Positions 19,401 to 26,925 of a stretch of DNA of 64,000 nucleotides are shown piece after piece. The DNA is taken from assembly GCA_964648765.1 (NCBI GenBank), contig CAZYLF010000002.1, positions 144,684 to 208,683 of the forward strand, read 5' to 3'. The stretch comes from an uncultured Candidatus Saccharibacteria bacterium (GTDB lineage: Bacteria > Patescibacteriota > Minisyncoccia > Phycocordibacterales > JACOZG01). The position numbers and the translations under genes were made by a program. Positions within the stretch are counted from its first letter, which is position 1; the number at the start of each line of letters is the position of its first letter. The notes beneath the pieces are model-generated. The model saw only the letters and a program-made list of their open reading frames with translations, had not been told where the DNA came from and did not search any database.

Positions 19401-22384
19401 AGGACGAATGTGCCAGCCATGTTACGGAATGACCAGTGGTTGTCGGTTGCTCCAGCGGTGAGTGTGAGTTGGGGAGCGGTTGAGGAAGCGAGTTGCAGTG
19501 TCCAACGAGGAGTAGAAGTGCCGATACCAAATGTGCCCATGCCGGTGTTGATGGAAGCCATACTGGCTGAACCTAAAGTGGTGGCGGTGGAATAGTAGGC
19601 AAGAGTGTTGGCGGTGCCTTCAGTGCCACCGATACCGGAACCGGCCACGACTCGTTTAACTGAGAAGGTGAAGTTGGCGAGTGACCCCCCGCTTGAAGCT
19701 GGATATCTGGCTTGGACTCTGACGTAATCGCCAGCGGTGAGTGAAGCGTAGACAATGGCAGATGAAATGCCTTTGTCAGTACTAGAATTTTTTGCAGTAA
19801 GTGTACTACCAGGAACAACAGTGGCAGCATTGAGAACAATCTGGAAGGCACTGTCGTTGACACTTGTACCTTGAGCTACGTCAGCATGATAGTGAAGTTC
19901 ATAAAGACCAGTTTGATAAACATAAATTCTTTCAGTGTTAACCGCATCAAAGGCAACGGTATTCGCATCATTTTGAACATCCGTGGTGTCGAGAGTTACG
20001 TCGGCGAAGGAGGCAGTGAGAGTGTATGAAGTTGAGCGACTACGTTGAGTGACAGCAGGATCGAAGCGAGTGGTGGAAATTCCGCCGATGCAGCCTCCAG
20101 CTACAGAGAAGCAACCTTGGACTAGATCAATACTGCCACCAAAAGTTGATGTGGCTGAACCCGTAACGGCTAAATATGTTGTGGTGGCGTTGGTGGAAGT
20201 GCTACGTAGCGTAACAAGATTGGTAATCGTAGAACTTGCAGAATTAATTAAAATTCCATCAGTGGAAGTGAGTGGAGTGAGGTATGCACCTTGATCAGTC
20301 CAGTTAGAAGAACTTGGTGTGGTGGTGGCGATGACTTGGCCAAGTGAGTTGACGGCCAAGATAGTGCCGGCGGGAGTGGCGAGGCCGGTGATTGCAAATC
20401 TAGTGGTCGTCGCATTAGTTGAAGTGGAGTTCACCATCGTCAGGTTAGTAATTGTTGAAGTGGAATTGTTGACGAGAATGCCGCCGGTGATAGTGGCGAG
20501 GCCGGAACCAGCAATGGTGGTGAAGGAAGCGGCACCGGCAGTGAGAGCGTCAGCTCCGATGTCGATGGAGCCGAAACCGTTGGTGATAGAACCGCCGTTG
20601 AGAATACCAACTGAAGTGAGTGATGAAGAGACAACAGCAGAACCAAGTGCTGTGGCTGAAAGAGTGTTGACTCCATTGATGTTGAGAGCGAGGCCAGAAG
20701 CTAAATTGAGATTGCCACTGACGTATTGATTAGTCGTCGTGGCATTTGTTGTCGTCGAGTTAGAGGTTGAAAGATTAGCAATCGTGGAACTGCCAGAGAG
20801 AATGATGCCATCTGTGGAAGTGAGTGGTGTTAAGTAAAGGCCGGCGTCAGTCCAGTTAGATGAACTTGGCGTACTCGTGGCAATCACTCGGCCGGTGGCA
20901 TCAACGGCGAGGAAGGTGCCAGCAGCGGTGCCAAGTGAAGTGATGGCCAATCTGGTAGTGGTGGCGTTGGTGGAAGTTGAGTTCACCATCGTTAAGTTGG
21001 TGATGGTGGAAGTGGAATTGTTGATCATAATGCTTCCGAAGCCGGCAGCGAGTGAGCCAGAAGAGAGAGCGCCAACGGAAGTGAGTGATGAAGCTGTAAC
21101 AGTAGAGCCCAAGGCTGTAGCTGACAAAATATTGGCATTATTGATTAGGAAGACACCATTGGTGGGAAGATTAAGGTTACCGGTAGTTAATGTGATACCA
21201 CCAGAAAAAGTGGAAGTGGCAGAATCTCCCGTAATGGTTGTTGTGGCTGTGCCGCCGATGTAGAGACGGTCGACGATGGATTGACGAGTAGAAGAAGCTT
21301 GACCAAGAGAGAGGAGATTATTAAAAGTCCAAGCGCCTGTGACGGTCTCATTTTGCCCCTTACGAGTAATGCCAGAATTTGTGTAGTCGATAGAGATGTC
21401 ACCTTCACCAGTGGCCCCCGTAACATCAAAGTCAGCACCGAGGAAGTCTATGGCCGTAGCAGAGGTAGTGACATCCGAATCGTTTTCTTGAATCACCACA
21501 ATTCCCCCGCCGGCCCCACTGTCATCAGTGCCACAGATCAAATGACCTGATGCGTCAGTTTGCAACAAACCAGAAACTCCAGAACAATTTAAATTTGCAA
21601 TTCTTATCCCAGCAGAATTTACTAAAATCCCCCCACCAAAAGTTGAAGTAGCCGTGCCGCTCACGTACAGATTGGTCGTCGTCGCATTCGTGGTGGTTGA
21701 ATTTAGCATCGTCAAATTATTAATCGTGGAACTACCAGTAAGTAAAATGCCATCCGTGGTGGTAAGTGGAGTTAAGTAAGAACCTTGATCAGCCCAATTT
21801 GAAGTGCTTGGCGTGGTGGTAGCAATCACTTGACCATTTTGGTTAACAGCGAGGAAGGTGCCCGCCGGAGTGGCGAGGCCGGTGATGGCAAGATTGGTAG
21901 TGGTGGCGTTGGTAGAGGTAGCATTAACAGCATCCAATGCATAAGCTACAAAGGCCGATGGCACACTACCTATTTCTTTACGTGGCGTCATCTCACCGTC
22001 ACCTCCGACATTTACACCAAGATAAAGCGTTTGGCTAAAGTTTACATTTGCCAAACTAGAAACATTACCAAGCAAAACACTGAAGAGTCCGTCGGTGACC
22101 GTTACAGCATTAGCGCCAGATAAAGTTTCCGTCCAGATTGATGAGCCACCCGATGCTTGAGTGTAAAGATTAAAGACTATGTTATAACTGCCGTCAGTTA
22201 CAGCCACACCACTTGAGTCGGTAAGTTTACCTTGGTAATTAATTTTTTGATTTATTACCGCTTCAGCTTGAGTAGGAAGAAGCGAGAAGAAAATTAATAC
22301 CAACAAACACGCCTCCACAGTTTTGAGAGCGAGTTTTCTGAAGCTGTTTTTAGTTCGCTTTAGGCTAACAAAAGCATGCTTCAT
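13460..22384 (-). CDS. giant (2974 aa) secreted Thr/Ser-rich surface/fibre protein with LVIVD repeats and a C-terminal intramolecular-chaperone-like domain
   Basis: Signal peptide AEA-V; INYQGKLTD..DGLFSVLLG N-domain; STSTNATTT repeats; two VSGRYAYV..LKVIDISNP blocks; DVAELY..LGIVATEPG..GRVPTKV..GDQIT domain; Pro/Thr/Glu tail. Confidence 0.85.
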   Translation of the reverse strand: MKHAFVSLKRTKNSFRKLALKTVEACLLVLIFFSLLPTQAEAVINQKINYQGKLTDSSGVAVTDGSYNIVFNLYTQASGGSSIWTETLSGANAVTVTDGLFSVLLGNVSSLANVNFSQTLYLGVNVGGDGEMTPRKEIGSVPSAFVAYALDAVNATSTNATTTNLAITGLATPAGTFLAVNQNGQVIATTTPSTSNWADQGSYLTPLTTTDGILLTGSSTINNLTMLNSTTTNATTTNLYVSGTATSTFGGGILVNSAGIRIANLNCSGVSGLLQTDASGHLICGTDDSGAGGGIVVIQENDSDVTTSATAIDFLGADFDVTGATGEGDISIDYTNSGITRKGQNETVTGAWTFNNLLSLGQASSTRQSIVDRLYIGGTATTTITGDSATSTFSGGITLTTGNLNLPTNGVFLINNANILSATALGSTVTASSLTSVGALSSGSLAAGFGSIMINNSTSTITNLTMVNSTSTNATTTRLAITSLGTAAGTFLAVDATGRVIATSTPSSSNWTDAGLYLTPLTSTDGIILSGSSTIANLSTSNSTTTNATTTNQYVSGNLNLASGLALNINGVNTLSATALGSAVVSSSLTSVGILNGGSITNGFGSIDIGADALTAGAASFTTIAGSGLATITGGILVNNSTSTITNLTMVNSTSTNATTTRFAITGLATPAGTILAVNSLGQVIATTTPSSSNWTDQGAYLTPLTSTDGILINSASSTITNLVTLRSTSTNATTTYLAVTGSATSTFGGSIDLVQGCFSVAGGCIGGISTTRFDPAVTQRSRSTSYTLTASFADVTLDTTDVQNDANTVAFDAVNTERIYVYQTGLYELHYHADVAQGTSVNDSAFQIVLNAATVVPGSTLTAKNSSTDKGISSAIVYASLTAGDYVRVQARYPASSGGSLANFTFSVKRVVAGSGIGGTEGTANTLAYYSTATTLGSASMASINTGMGTFGIGTSTPRWTLQLASSTAPQLTLTAGATDNHWSFRNMAGTFVLGTSSPTTFSTSTTPQIQIAGTGFGTTTLSGLNIAGSATSTSNVGFNLTAGCFAIGGTCIGSGGSSNWTDAGLYLTPLTSTDGIILSGSSTIANLSTSNSTTTNATTTNQYVSGNLNLASGLALNINGVNTLSATALGSAVVSSSLTSVGILNGGSITNGFGSIDIGADALTAGAASFTTIAGSGLATITGGILVNNATSTITNLTMVNSTSTNATTTRLAITSLGTAAGTFLAVDPTGRVIATSTPSSSNWTDAGLYLTPLTSTDGIILSGSSTIANLSTSNSTTTNATTTNQYVSGNLNLASGLALNINGVNTLSATALGSAVVSSSLTSVGILNGGSITNGFGSIDIGADALTAGAASFTTIAGSGLATITGGILVNNSTSTITNLTMVNSTSTSATTTNLAIANLATPAGTFLAVNPNGQVIATTTPAAAAGTLTGSTLAAGVTASSLTSVGTLTSLAVSGLSTLSGGILANSSTSTITNLTMVNSTTTNATTTNLHVSNNLAVELSTTNPGFVVSNTGSSTPAFYIGGVNQNGYIGIGTSTPTEALSLYAGNFLQSPGNPVLVGNATLSTGSFTKTTIVAGRYAYVADEDGSAFKIFSLATSSPAQVGTYSFVGIRGVAVSGRYAYVMSSSALRVIDISNPTSPTLVGSVSLGGAAVDVVVAGRHAYVIDSTADDLKVVDISNPTLPVVAGSVSLGGGGTPVPADLVVSGRYAYVIDSGANDLKTIDITNPTAPTIEDSLTIGGTPADIAISGSYVYVTDVSSTDLKVIDVSNPTAAVTAGSVSIGSVLISAVAVSGRYVYVGADSAGLKVYDVSNPAAPYLTGTLALGATPRSLAVSGRYAYVAGSGSLYTVDLSGIEVTSGIVHSLEAGNIHVRESAFIQNNLSVGSSLNVGTGGIFSSGPLSVSVASSTATNPISAYFQGAIGVASTSPWGQLSIEISTSSPSFVVANTGSTTPAFYIGGTNQNGHIGIGTSAPTEALHVASGSLLHTPGTLKQVGSSSLGGGTPTPTSIAAAGRFVYVMDNGNTTLKIFDTSTSSPSLIGSLSSFGANDKFIAVSGQYVYVGSSGASFQGDTFKIVDVSNPTSPVLVSTLSGLTAVNAIYISGKYAYISQESSLLSVIDISIPTSPILVGTLAMDSEGFIRFFANLVVPKAHAIAYYQGSIYVAGHYAYFTNVSADELEIVDISNPTLPVTVGTVDLGDTDLSITTRIKVAVSGRYAYVMNVGNDDCVSTDSGASFCVVDVSNPASPNDIGYESTGTLGETLTDMVIAGRYAYVVNDSDNELQVIDLIDPTTPTMVAGIAVGSSPVGVAVAGRYAYVVDSTTDDIKKIDISGVEATSGFFHSLQAGDFRVSESADIAQNLRVGNGINIGQGGLFSSGPIAISFNPNNATTSALTVDGNYLFTATTSYRSISIATSTTAEQIGGELRISAGDGSPSECCGGGGDVVINGGFRGNGGLNADGDVILANLWGKVGIGDSSPASLFTVGAGDLFQIGTTGVVLNAVGSVSLPSVSFKSDANTGMWSPAADMVAFSTGGTERWRISNVGATTTVPNAFNAWSIASSTPGNGINSIISVSQSSTGATSTVGFFVATTTGLSTGSGLGLPSALKNYVIVGSGKVQAGIGIVNGGLCVDDDGWCTASTTGRISSVTSTTGGTDVAELYFSDDSLEPGDLVMADTPLYHVARATNASSTPLLGIVATEPGVILGLPPDAAESPNQFPISLSGRVPTKVNDEGGAIQIGDQITISSVPGVGRKAAYNEPSVGVALESYTGSGEGSINVFVNLEYKPEPPVQAQTLLGIESINSILQGNSIANLTVDKLIVTGDAEFKGTVTVKDLVAEKICLGATCIDEDMLKVILEEVNLGQVLPPPPTTTTTPNIIPNPDPNATTTPPVATTTPPIDDIEDDISVDPNATSTDPNPTPTTDPEPLPPEDPTPVPVDPIIVTEPEVIPEVTEEDLSTEVTEPAPEEVPTP
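18150..19210. repeat. tandem ~552-bp (184-aa) near-identical repeat, two copies
   Basis: Identical antisense ORF ends at 18524 and 19076 (offset 552); DNA nearly identical. Confidence 0.85.
20400..21020. repeat. third dispersed copy of the same repeat unit
   Basis: Same sequence offset 1653 bp from the second copy (ORF end 20729 vs 19076). Confidence 0.85.
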
Positions 22385-22492
22385 TACGTATTAAATTTCT
22401 CCCACAACTTCTGCGGGATTACCTAAATTTTAACACAAAATCGCCGAGATTATTCGGCAATTTTTGGTAAAGTTGGGGATAAGAATTCTAAA

Positions 22493-23815
22493 TTACTGGG
22501 CGCTAGAATTGATTCTCAAATTTGCGGTTAAACCGCTCCGCAAACGATCATCAGTTTCACTAAATTTAACAGTAATTTTGAAGTAGACCACACCGTCAAT
22601 CACCGTTTCTGCGGGCTCAATATAAGTCACAATTCCTGAGAATTTTTCTTCCGGCAATGCATCAAGATTTATCTCAACACTGTCGCCTAAAGTTACTCTG
22701 CCCACGCTAACTTCAGGCACGTTGGCTTCAATCTGCCAATTGCCAACAGAAAGCACTGAAATTAATTTTTCGTTTACCGTTGCCACCTCACCCGACTTGG
22801 CTTCTTGATAGGTAATTGTGCCGTTAATTGGAGAAAATATTGAGCGATTCCTTATCGCCGTTTCAATCGACGAGACTTTGGCTTGCGCCTCACTCACATT
22901 AGCTTTAGCGCTCGCTAATTCTTCTGGGGTTGCGCCAGCTTTGGCTAAATCTAATTCACGTTTTGCTACTTCTAAAGCTGCCTCGGCATCATTATAGGTT
23001 TCGGTTGTAGTGACTATGTTTGAGATTGCGGTGTTAATAGTTGACCCAGCGGAATAACTCCAAGATTTATAATTATCGATATCATCTTGCGTAACCACGG
23101 AACTGCCAACACTTAGATTATTAATTTCTCTATTAAGAAAATTAAGGAAATTATTAATATCTCGCAAGTAAGTTAGTGCCACCCCTGCGGTAGTTGAAGT
23201 AAGTTCTTTGCGCCAGGTATTTACTAATCGCTCAAGTCTCGTCTGCTCATCGTCAAAATCATTATCACTATCATAAGATTCGTCAGCAATGGGATTGTTG
23301 CTACTTGGATTATCAAAAATTTGTTTGATGTAACGGTTCACCGCATCATTTGCTCTCAAGTAGGCATCGTCAACGTCTGTAGATAACTGATTTTTTGCAT
23401 CGTCAAAAGCTGACTCCGCACTTGCTAGTTTAGACTGATAAACTGAAATTTCTTCAACTCTTTTGCCACGAGAAATCTCAGCAAGATCTGCTAAATATCT
23501 TTCTTCTGAAGCTTTAACTTCACGCAAATTAGCTGCCAACTCTGATGTGTCTAGCGAGGCGAGGAGGTGGCCAGTATTAACCTTATCGCCAATTTTTACA
23601 TAAACATGAGCAATCTTGCCACCTTCAGTAAAAGCCAGATCAGCACTCTCTACCGCTTCAGTTTTACCAGTCACCACCACTTGATTGCCTGACAAAGTTT
23701 TTACTGGCTCTAGATTTTCAACAACAACTTCTTCCTTACCACCAAACATCCAAAACACTCCCAACACAATTGCGAGCAATAGTACTCCGTAAATTATTTT
23801 TTTATTTTTAGACAT
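22493..23815 (-). CDS. efflux RND/HlyD-family periplasmic adaptor (membrane fusion) protein
   Basis: N-terminal TM; GKIAHVYVKIGDKV lipoyl half; long coiled coil; IFSPINGTI; LRSGLTANLRI. Confidence 0.85.
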   Translation of the reverse strand: MSKNKKIIYGVLLLAIVLGVFWMFGGKEEVVVENLEPVKTLSGNQVVVTGKTEAVESADLAFTEGGKIAHVYVKIGDKVNTGHLLASLDTSELAANLREVKASEERYLADLAEISRGKRVEEISVYQSKLASAESAFDDAKNQLSTDVDDAYLRANDAVNRYIKQIFDNPSSNNPIADESYDSDNDFDDEQTRLERLVNTWRKELTSTTAGVALTYLRDINNFLNFLNREINNLSVGSSVVTQDDIDNYKSWSYSAGSTINTAISNIVTTTETYNDAEAALEVAKRELDLAKAGATPEELASAKANVSEAQAKVSSIETAIRNRSIFSPINGTITYQEAKSGEVATVNEKLISVLSVGNWQIEANVPEVSVGRVTLGDSVEINLDALPEEKFSGIVTYIEPAETVIDGVVYFKITVKFSETDDRLRSGLTANLRINSSAQ

Positions 23816-23821
23816 TTTATT

Positions 23822-26317
23822 TTAGATTTTATCAGATCCGTGACATTTTTTGTACTTTTTACCACTACCACAAGGACAAGGATCATTTCTGCCCGCTTCT
23901 TGATTTGTTGATTTATTTACCTCTGAAATTAAAGGATTTTGAATTACTATGGGCACCGGCGCCTCTTTTTTAAGTTCAACCCCAATGTTTGGGATAAATT
24001 GCATAAGCTCTTCAGCAATTCTTGATTCCATTTGTTTAAACATCATCAAGCCCTCACGTTTATACTCCACCAAAGGATCGCGTTGGCCATACGCGCGCAA
24101 ACGCACGCTTGAACGTAAGTAATCCATCGACTCCAAATGCTCCACCCAAAACATGTCAATAAACTGGAGCACAGCATTACGGAGTGATGCCCCAAAAACT
24201 TGATCACCTAAAGCCTTCCTTTTTTCCTCCAAAAGATTTTCTTGTTTATCTAATTCCTCGTCGTCAATACCAGCTTCTTCCAATATTCTCATTAAAAATT
24301 CTTCTGCATGAGACCCTGACTCATCTTCTAATACCTCTCTGCGCCTTTGATAAATTGTGAGCCGTTGATGATTAAGCACACTGTCGTAATCAAGCAAATG
24401 TTTCCGAGAATCAAAATGGAGCCCTTCAATTTTAGCTTGAGCGCTCTCAATCGCTTTAGATACAAAACGATTTTGAATTGGCTCATCTTCAGGAATCCCC
24501 AAACGCTTCATCATCCCCTTAATTTTTTCTGGTGCAAACACCCTTGCCAAAGAGTCTTCAAGTGAGATAAAAAATTGAGTCGCCCCCGGATCACCTTGCC
24601 GCCCAGCGCGACCTCGCAACTGGTTATCAATTCGTCTTGCCTCGTGGCGCTCAGTGCCAATTACGTATAAACCGCCCAAATTTTTCACTTCTTCATATTC
24701 TTCTTTACTTGCGTGAACTCCACCGAGTTTAATGTCCACACCACGACCCGCCATGTTGGTAGCCACCACCACACTCCCCCTTTTACCTGCGCCAGCGATA
24801 ATCTCTCCTTCCTCTTCATGATTTTTGGCGTTTAAAATTTTATGCGGAATCCCCTCTTTTTTAAGATAGGCAGAAATAAATTCGTTCTTCTCAATTGAAA
24901 CGGTACCAATTAAAATTGGTTGGCCTTTAGTGTGAACTTCTTTTATCTTTTTCACCAACGCCATGATCTTTCCTTTTTCGGTTTGAAAAATTAAATCTGT
25001 AAGGTCTAGGCGCGTGGTTGGGCGATGAGTAGGCACGGCCACTGTTTCGAGTCCGTAAACTTTTTGGAATTCTTCAGCAGAAGTTAAAGCCGTACCCGTC
25101 ATACCAGCAATCTTTTCATAGAGCTTAAAATAATTCTGGAGGGTCACGCTAGCATAAGTGCGAGATTCTTGCTTAATTGCCACACCCTCTTTGGCCTCAA
25201 TGGCCTGATGTAAACCCTCCGACCAGCGTCTGCCCGGTTGCAAACGCCCCGTAAACTCGTCCACAATGACCACTTCGCCATTTCTGACCACATAATCCTT
25301 CTCTTTTATAAATAGGGCCTTCGCTCTTACTGCCGTCTCAAGATGGTGCACATACTTAATCCCCTTTTCAGTATAAATATTTCCAATTCCCAGCATCTTT
25401 TCCGCCTTACCGATACCATTTTCTGTTAAAGCAATCTCGCGACGCTTTTCGTCAATTTCAAAATCTTCAACCGCGTCAAGTTTAGACGCAATATCCGTAA
25501 ACACTTTATACAAATTACTTGAATCTGCGGTGGGGGCAGAAATAATTAACGGCGTTCGAGCCTCATCCACGAGCACAGAGTCAACCTCGTCGATAATCGC
25601 AAAATGATGCTTTGAACGATTTTTAGAATTCGTTTGAACAATTCTTTTTGGATCAGTAGAGATATTGTCACGGAGATAATCAAAACCAAATTCATTATTC
25701 GTGCCGTAAGTAATATCGGCGGCGTAGGCCTCTGCCCTTGAACACGGTTTTAAAAATTCATAAAACACCTGAAACGATCCACTCTCATCACGCGCTTCAT
25801 CAGTCTCTTTTTTGGCGTGGCTGGGATCATAAAGATATGATATATCGTGATTTATTAACCCGACAGAAAGTCCTAAAAAATTAAAAATTTGTCCCATCCA
25901 CACGCTATCGCGACGTGAGAGATAATCGTTAACCGTTACCACGTGTACTCCGGATCCTGTGAGCGCGTTAAGGTAAGTGGGTAAAGTGGAAACCAGGGAT
26001 TTACCCTCACCGGTTTTCATCTCCGCGATTTTGCCCTGGTGCAACATAATTCCTCCCAAAAGTTGCACATCGTAATGTCTTTCGCCAAGTGTACGTTTTG
26101 CCACTTCACGCACTAAAGCAAAAGCTTGAGGCAAAATATCGTCTAACGTTTTACCGTTTTTTAAATCAGATTTTAACTCATCCGTTTTCTTAGATAAATC
26201 TAAATCGGTGAGATTAACCATCTCTGGTTCAAGAGCATTAATTTGAGCCACCAATGGGTTGGCCGTACGCAATATCCGACTTGAAGAATCGCCAAATATC
26301 TTGCTTAGTATTGACAT
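23822..26317 (-). CDS. secA: preprotein translocase ATPase SecA
   Basis: MKTGEGKS, DEVDSVLVDEARTPLII, NMAGRGVDI, QLRGRAGRQGDPG motifs; C-terminal SEC-C GRNDPCPCGSG. Confidence 0.98.
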   Translation of the reverse strand: MSILSKIFGDSSSRILRTANPLVAQINALEPEMVNLTDLDLSKKTDELKSDLKNGKTLDDILPQAFALVREVAKRTLGERHYDVQLLGGIMLHQGKIAEMKTGEGKSLVSTLPTYLNALTGSGVHVVTVNDYLSRRDSVWMGQIFNFLGLSVGLINHDISYLYDPSHAKKETDEARDESGSFQVFYEFLKPCSRAEAYAADITYGTNNEFGFDYLRDNISTDPKRIVQTNSKNRSKHHFAIIDEVDSVLVDEARTPLIISAPTADSSNLYKVFTDIASKLDAVEDFEIDEKRREIALTENGIGKAEKMLGIGNIYTEKGIKYVHHLETAVRAKALFIKEKDYVVRNGEVVIVDEFTGRLQPGRRWSEGLHQAIEAKEGVAIKQESRTYASVTLQNYFKLYEKIAGMTGTALTSAEEFQKVYGLETVAVPTHRPTTRLDLTDLIFQTEKGKIMALVKKIKEVHTKGQPILIGTVSIEKNEFISAYLKKEGIPHKILNAKNHEEEGEIIAGAGKRGSVVVATNMAGRGVDIKLGGVHASKEEYEEVKNLGGLYVIGTERHEARRIDNQLRGRAGRQGDPGATQFFISLEDSLARVFAPEKIKGMMKRLGIPEDEPIQNRFVSKAIESAQAKIEGLHFDSRKHLLDYDSVLNHQRLTIYQRRREVLEDESGSHAEEFLMRILEEAGIDDEELDKQENLLEEKRKALGDQVFGASLRNAVLQFIDMFWVEHLESMDYLRSSVRLRAYGQRDPLVEYKREGLMMFKQMESRIAEELMQFIPNIGVELKKEAPVPIVIQNPLISEVNKSTNQEAGRNDPCPCGSGKKYKKCHGSDKI

Positions 26318-26345
26318 AGAGACCAATTCTCACACATTAAACAAC

Positions 26346-26389
26346 AAAAAACAACCTCGTGAGCTAAGTGCTTTTACGAGGTTGTTTTT
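26346..26389. terminator. bidirectional-type terminator after the microprotein gene
   Basis: AAAAACAACCTCGT..ACGAGGTTGTTTTT inverted repeat. Confidence 0.7.
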
Positions 26390-26396
26390 AAGAAAA

Positions 26397-26477
26397 CTAT
26401 CGCTTCTTTTTTCCTCCTTTCTTTTTCTTTGAAGTTTTCTTAGTGCTTTTCTTTGCAGCCTTTTTCTTTTTTGCCAT
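26397..26477 (-). CDS. 26-aa Lys-rich microprotein MAKKKKAAKKSTKKTSKKKKGGKKKR
   Basis: Clean ATG..TAG frame of AAA/AAG codons, preceded by a structured leader and followed by a terminator. Confidence 0.7.
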   Translation of the reverse strand: MAKKKKAAKKSTKKTSKKKKGGKKKR

Positions 26478-26596
26478 TTTAAAATTTATTTTATTTTCTT
26501 AAAAGTAAGATGACGGTGGTCGACCCTCACCCACATCACCGACACATTAATTATCGTTTAAATCAAACTTACATACAATAATTTTTTGTAAAAAAA

Positions 26597-26605
26597 TGTG
26601 GATAA
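26597..26605 (-). promoter_or_regulatory. single DnaA-box consensus TTATCCACA
   Basis: TGTGGATAA on plus. Confidence 0.35.
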
Positions 26606-26650
26606 CTTTTTTTGTAAAATTATTTTTTATTTTGCTGGAAAAAATAAAAT

Positions 26651-26757
26651 AAAAAAATTCCGCACAGATGTGGTCAGCGAGTGCTAAGCTCCAACACTAA
26701 ATGTCTTAATGTGAGTGCTATCGCTGACCGCAACTAAGCAGAATTTTACAAACCTAC
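26651..26757 (-). ncRNA. putative small RNA 2 (long stem with ~40-nt apical loop)
   Basis: Extended -10 TGcTAATAT at 26764-26772; stems AAAAUUCUGC/GCGGAAUUUU and GGUCAGCGA/UCGCUGACC; 3' U-run. Confidence 0.55.
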
Positions 26758-26780
26758 AAACTAATATTAGCAAACCCCTT

Positions 26781-26878
26781 AAAAACGTAAAGCCCCGCCG
26801 AAGCGGGGACTTACGCAGACATTTATGAAACTTAAGTACTGAAATTAGTGCCCGAAGGCGCTAACCAAAGCACTCACC
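26781..26878 (-). ncRNA. putative small RNA 1 (~97 nt)
   Basis: TTGACA-16-TAGGAT promoter (26884-26911); two cUUCGg-capped hairpins, the second a terminator with U-run; no ORF. Confidence 0.6.
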
Positions 26879-26925
26879 ACCCCATCCTAGCAGAAACAAA
26901 ACAAATGTCAAGCCCCTATTGGGGA

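Noticed and set aside
18150-21020. Repeats as DGR template/variable regions or CRISPR
   Set aside because: They are long in-frame coding repeats with no spacers, no evident adenine-specific variation, and no reverse transcriptase
13611-22123. Many plus-strand Val-rich ORFs over the giant gene
   Set aside because: Antisense shadows of Thr-rich codons
26597-26605. oriC
   Set aside because: Only one perfect DnaA box, no cluster, and no dnaA nearby
26679-26720. GAGTGCTA(A) twice, resembling CIRCE half-sites
   Set aside because: The copies are direct rather than the inverted TTAGCACTC-N9-GAGTGCTAA arrangement, and no chaperone genes are adjacent
26651-26878. RNA1/RNA2 as tracrRNA:crRNA, 6S, SRP or tmRNA
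   Set aside because: No cas genes or array, no SRP GNRA domain-IV motif and no tRNA-like ends; RNA2 is too short and has an apical loop rather than a 6S central bubble. An Rfam scan is still needed
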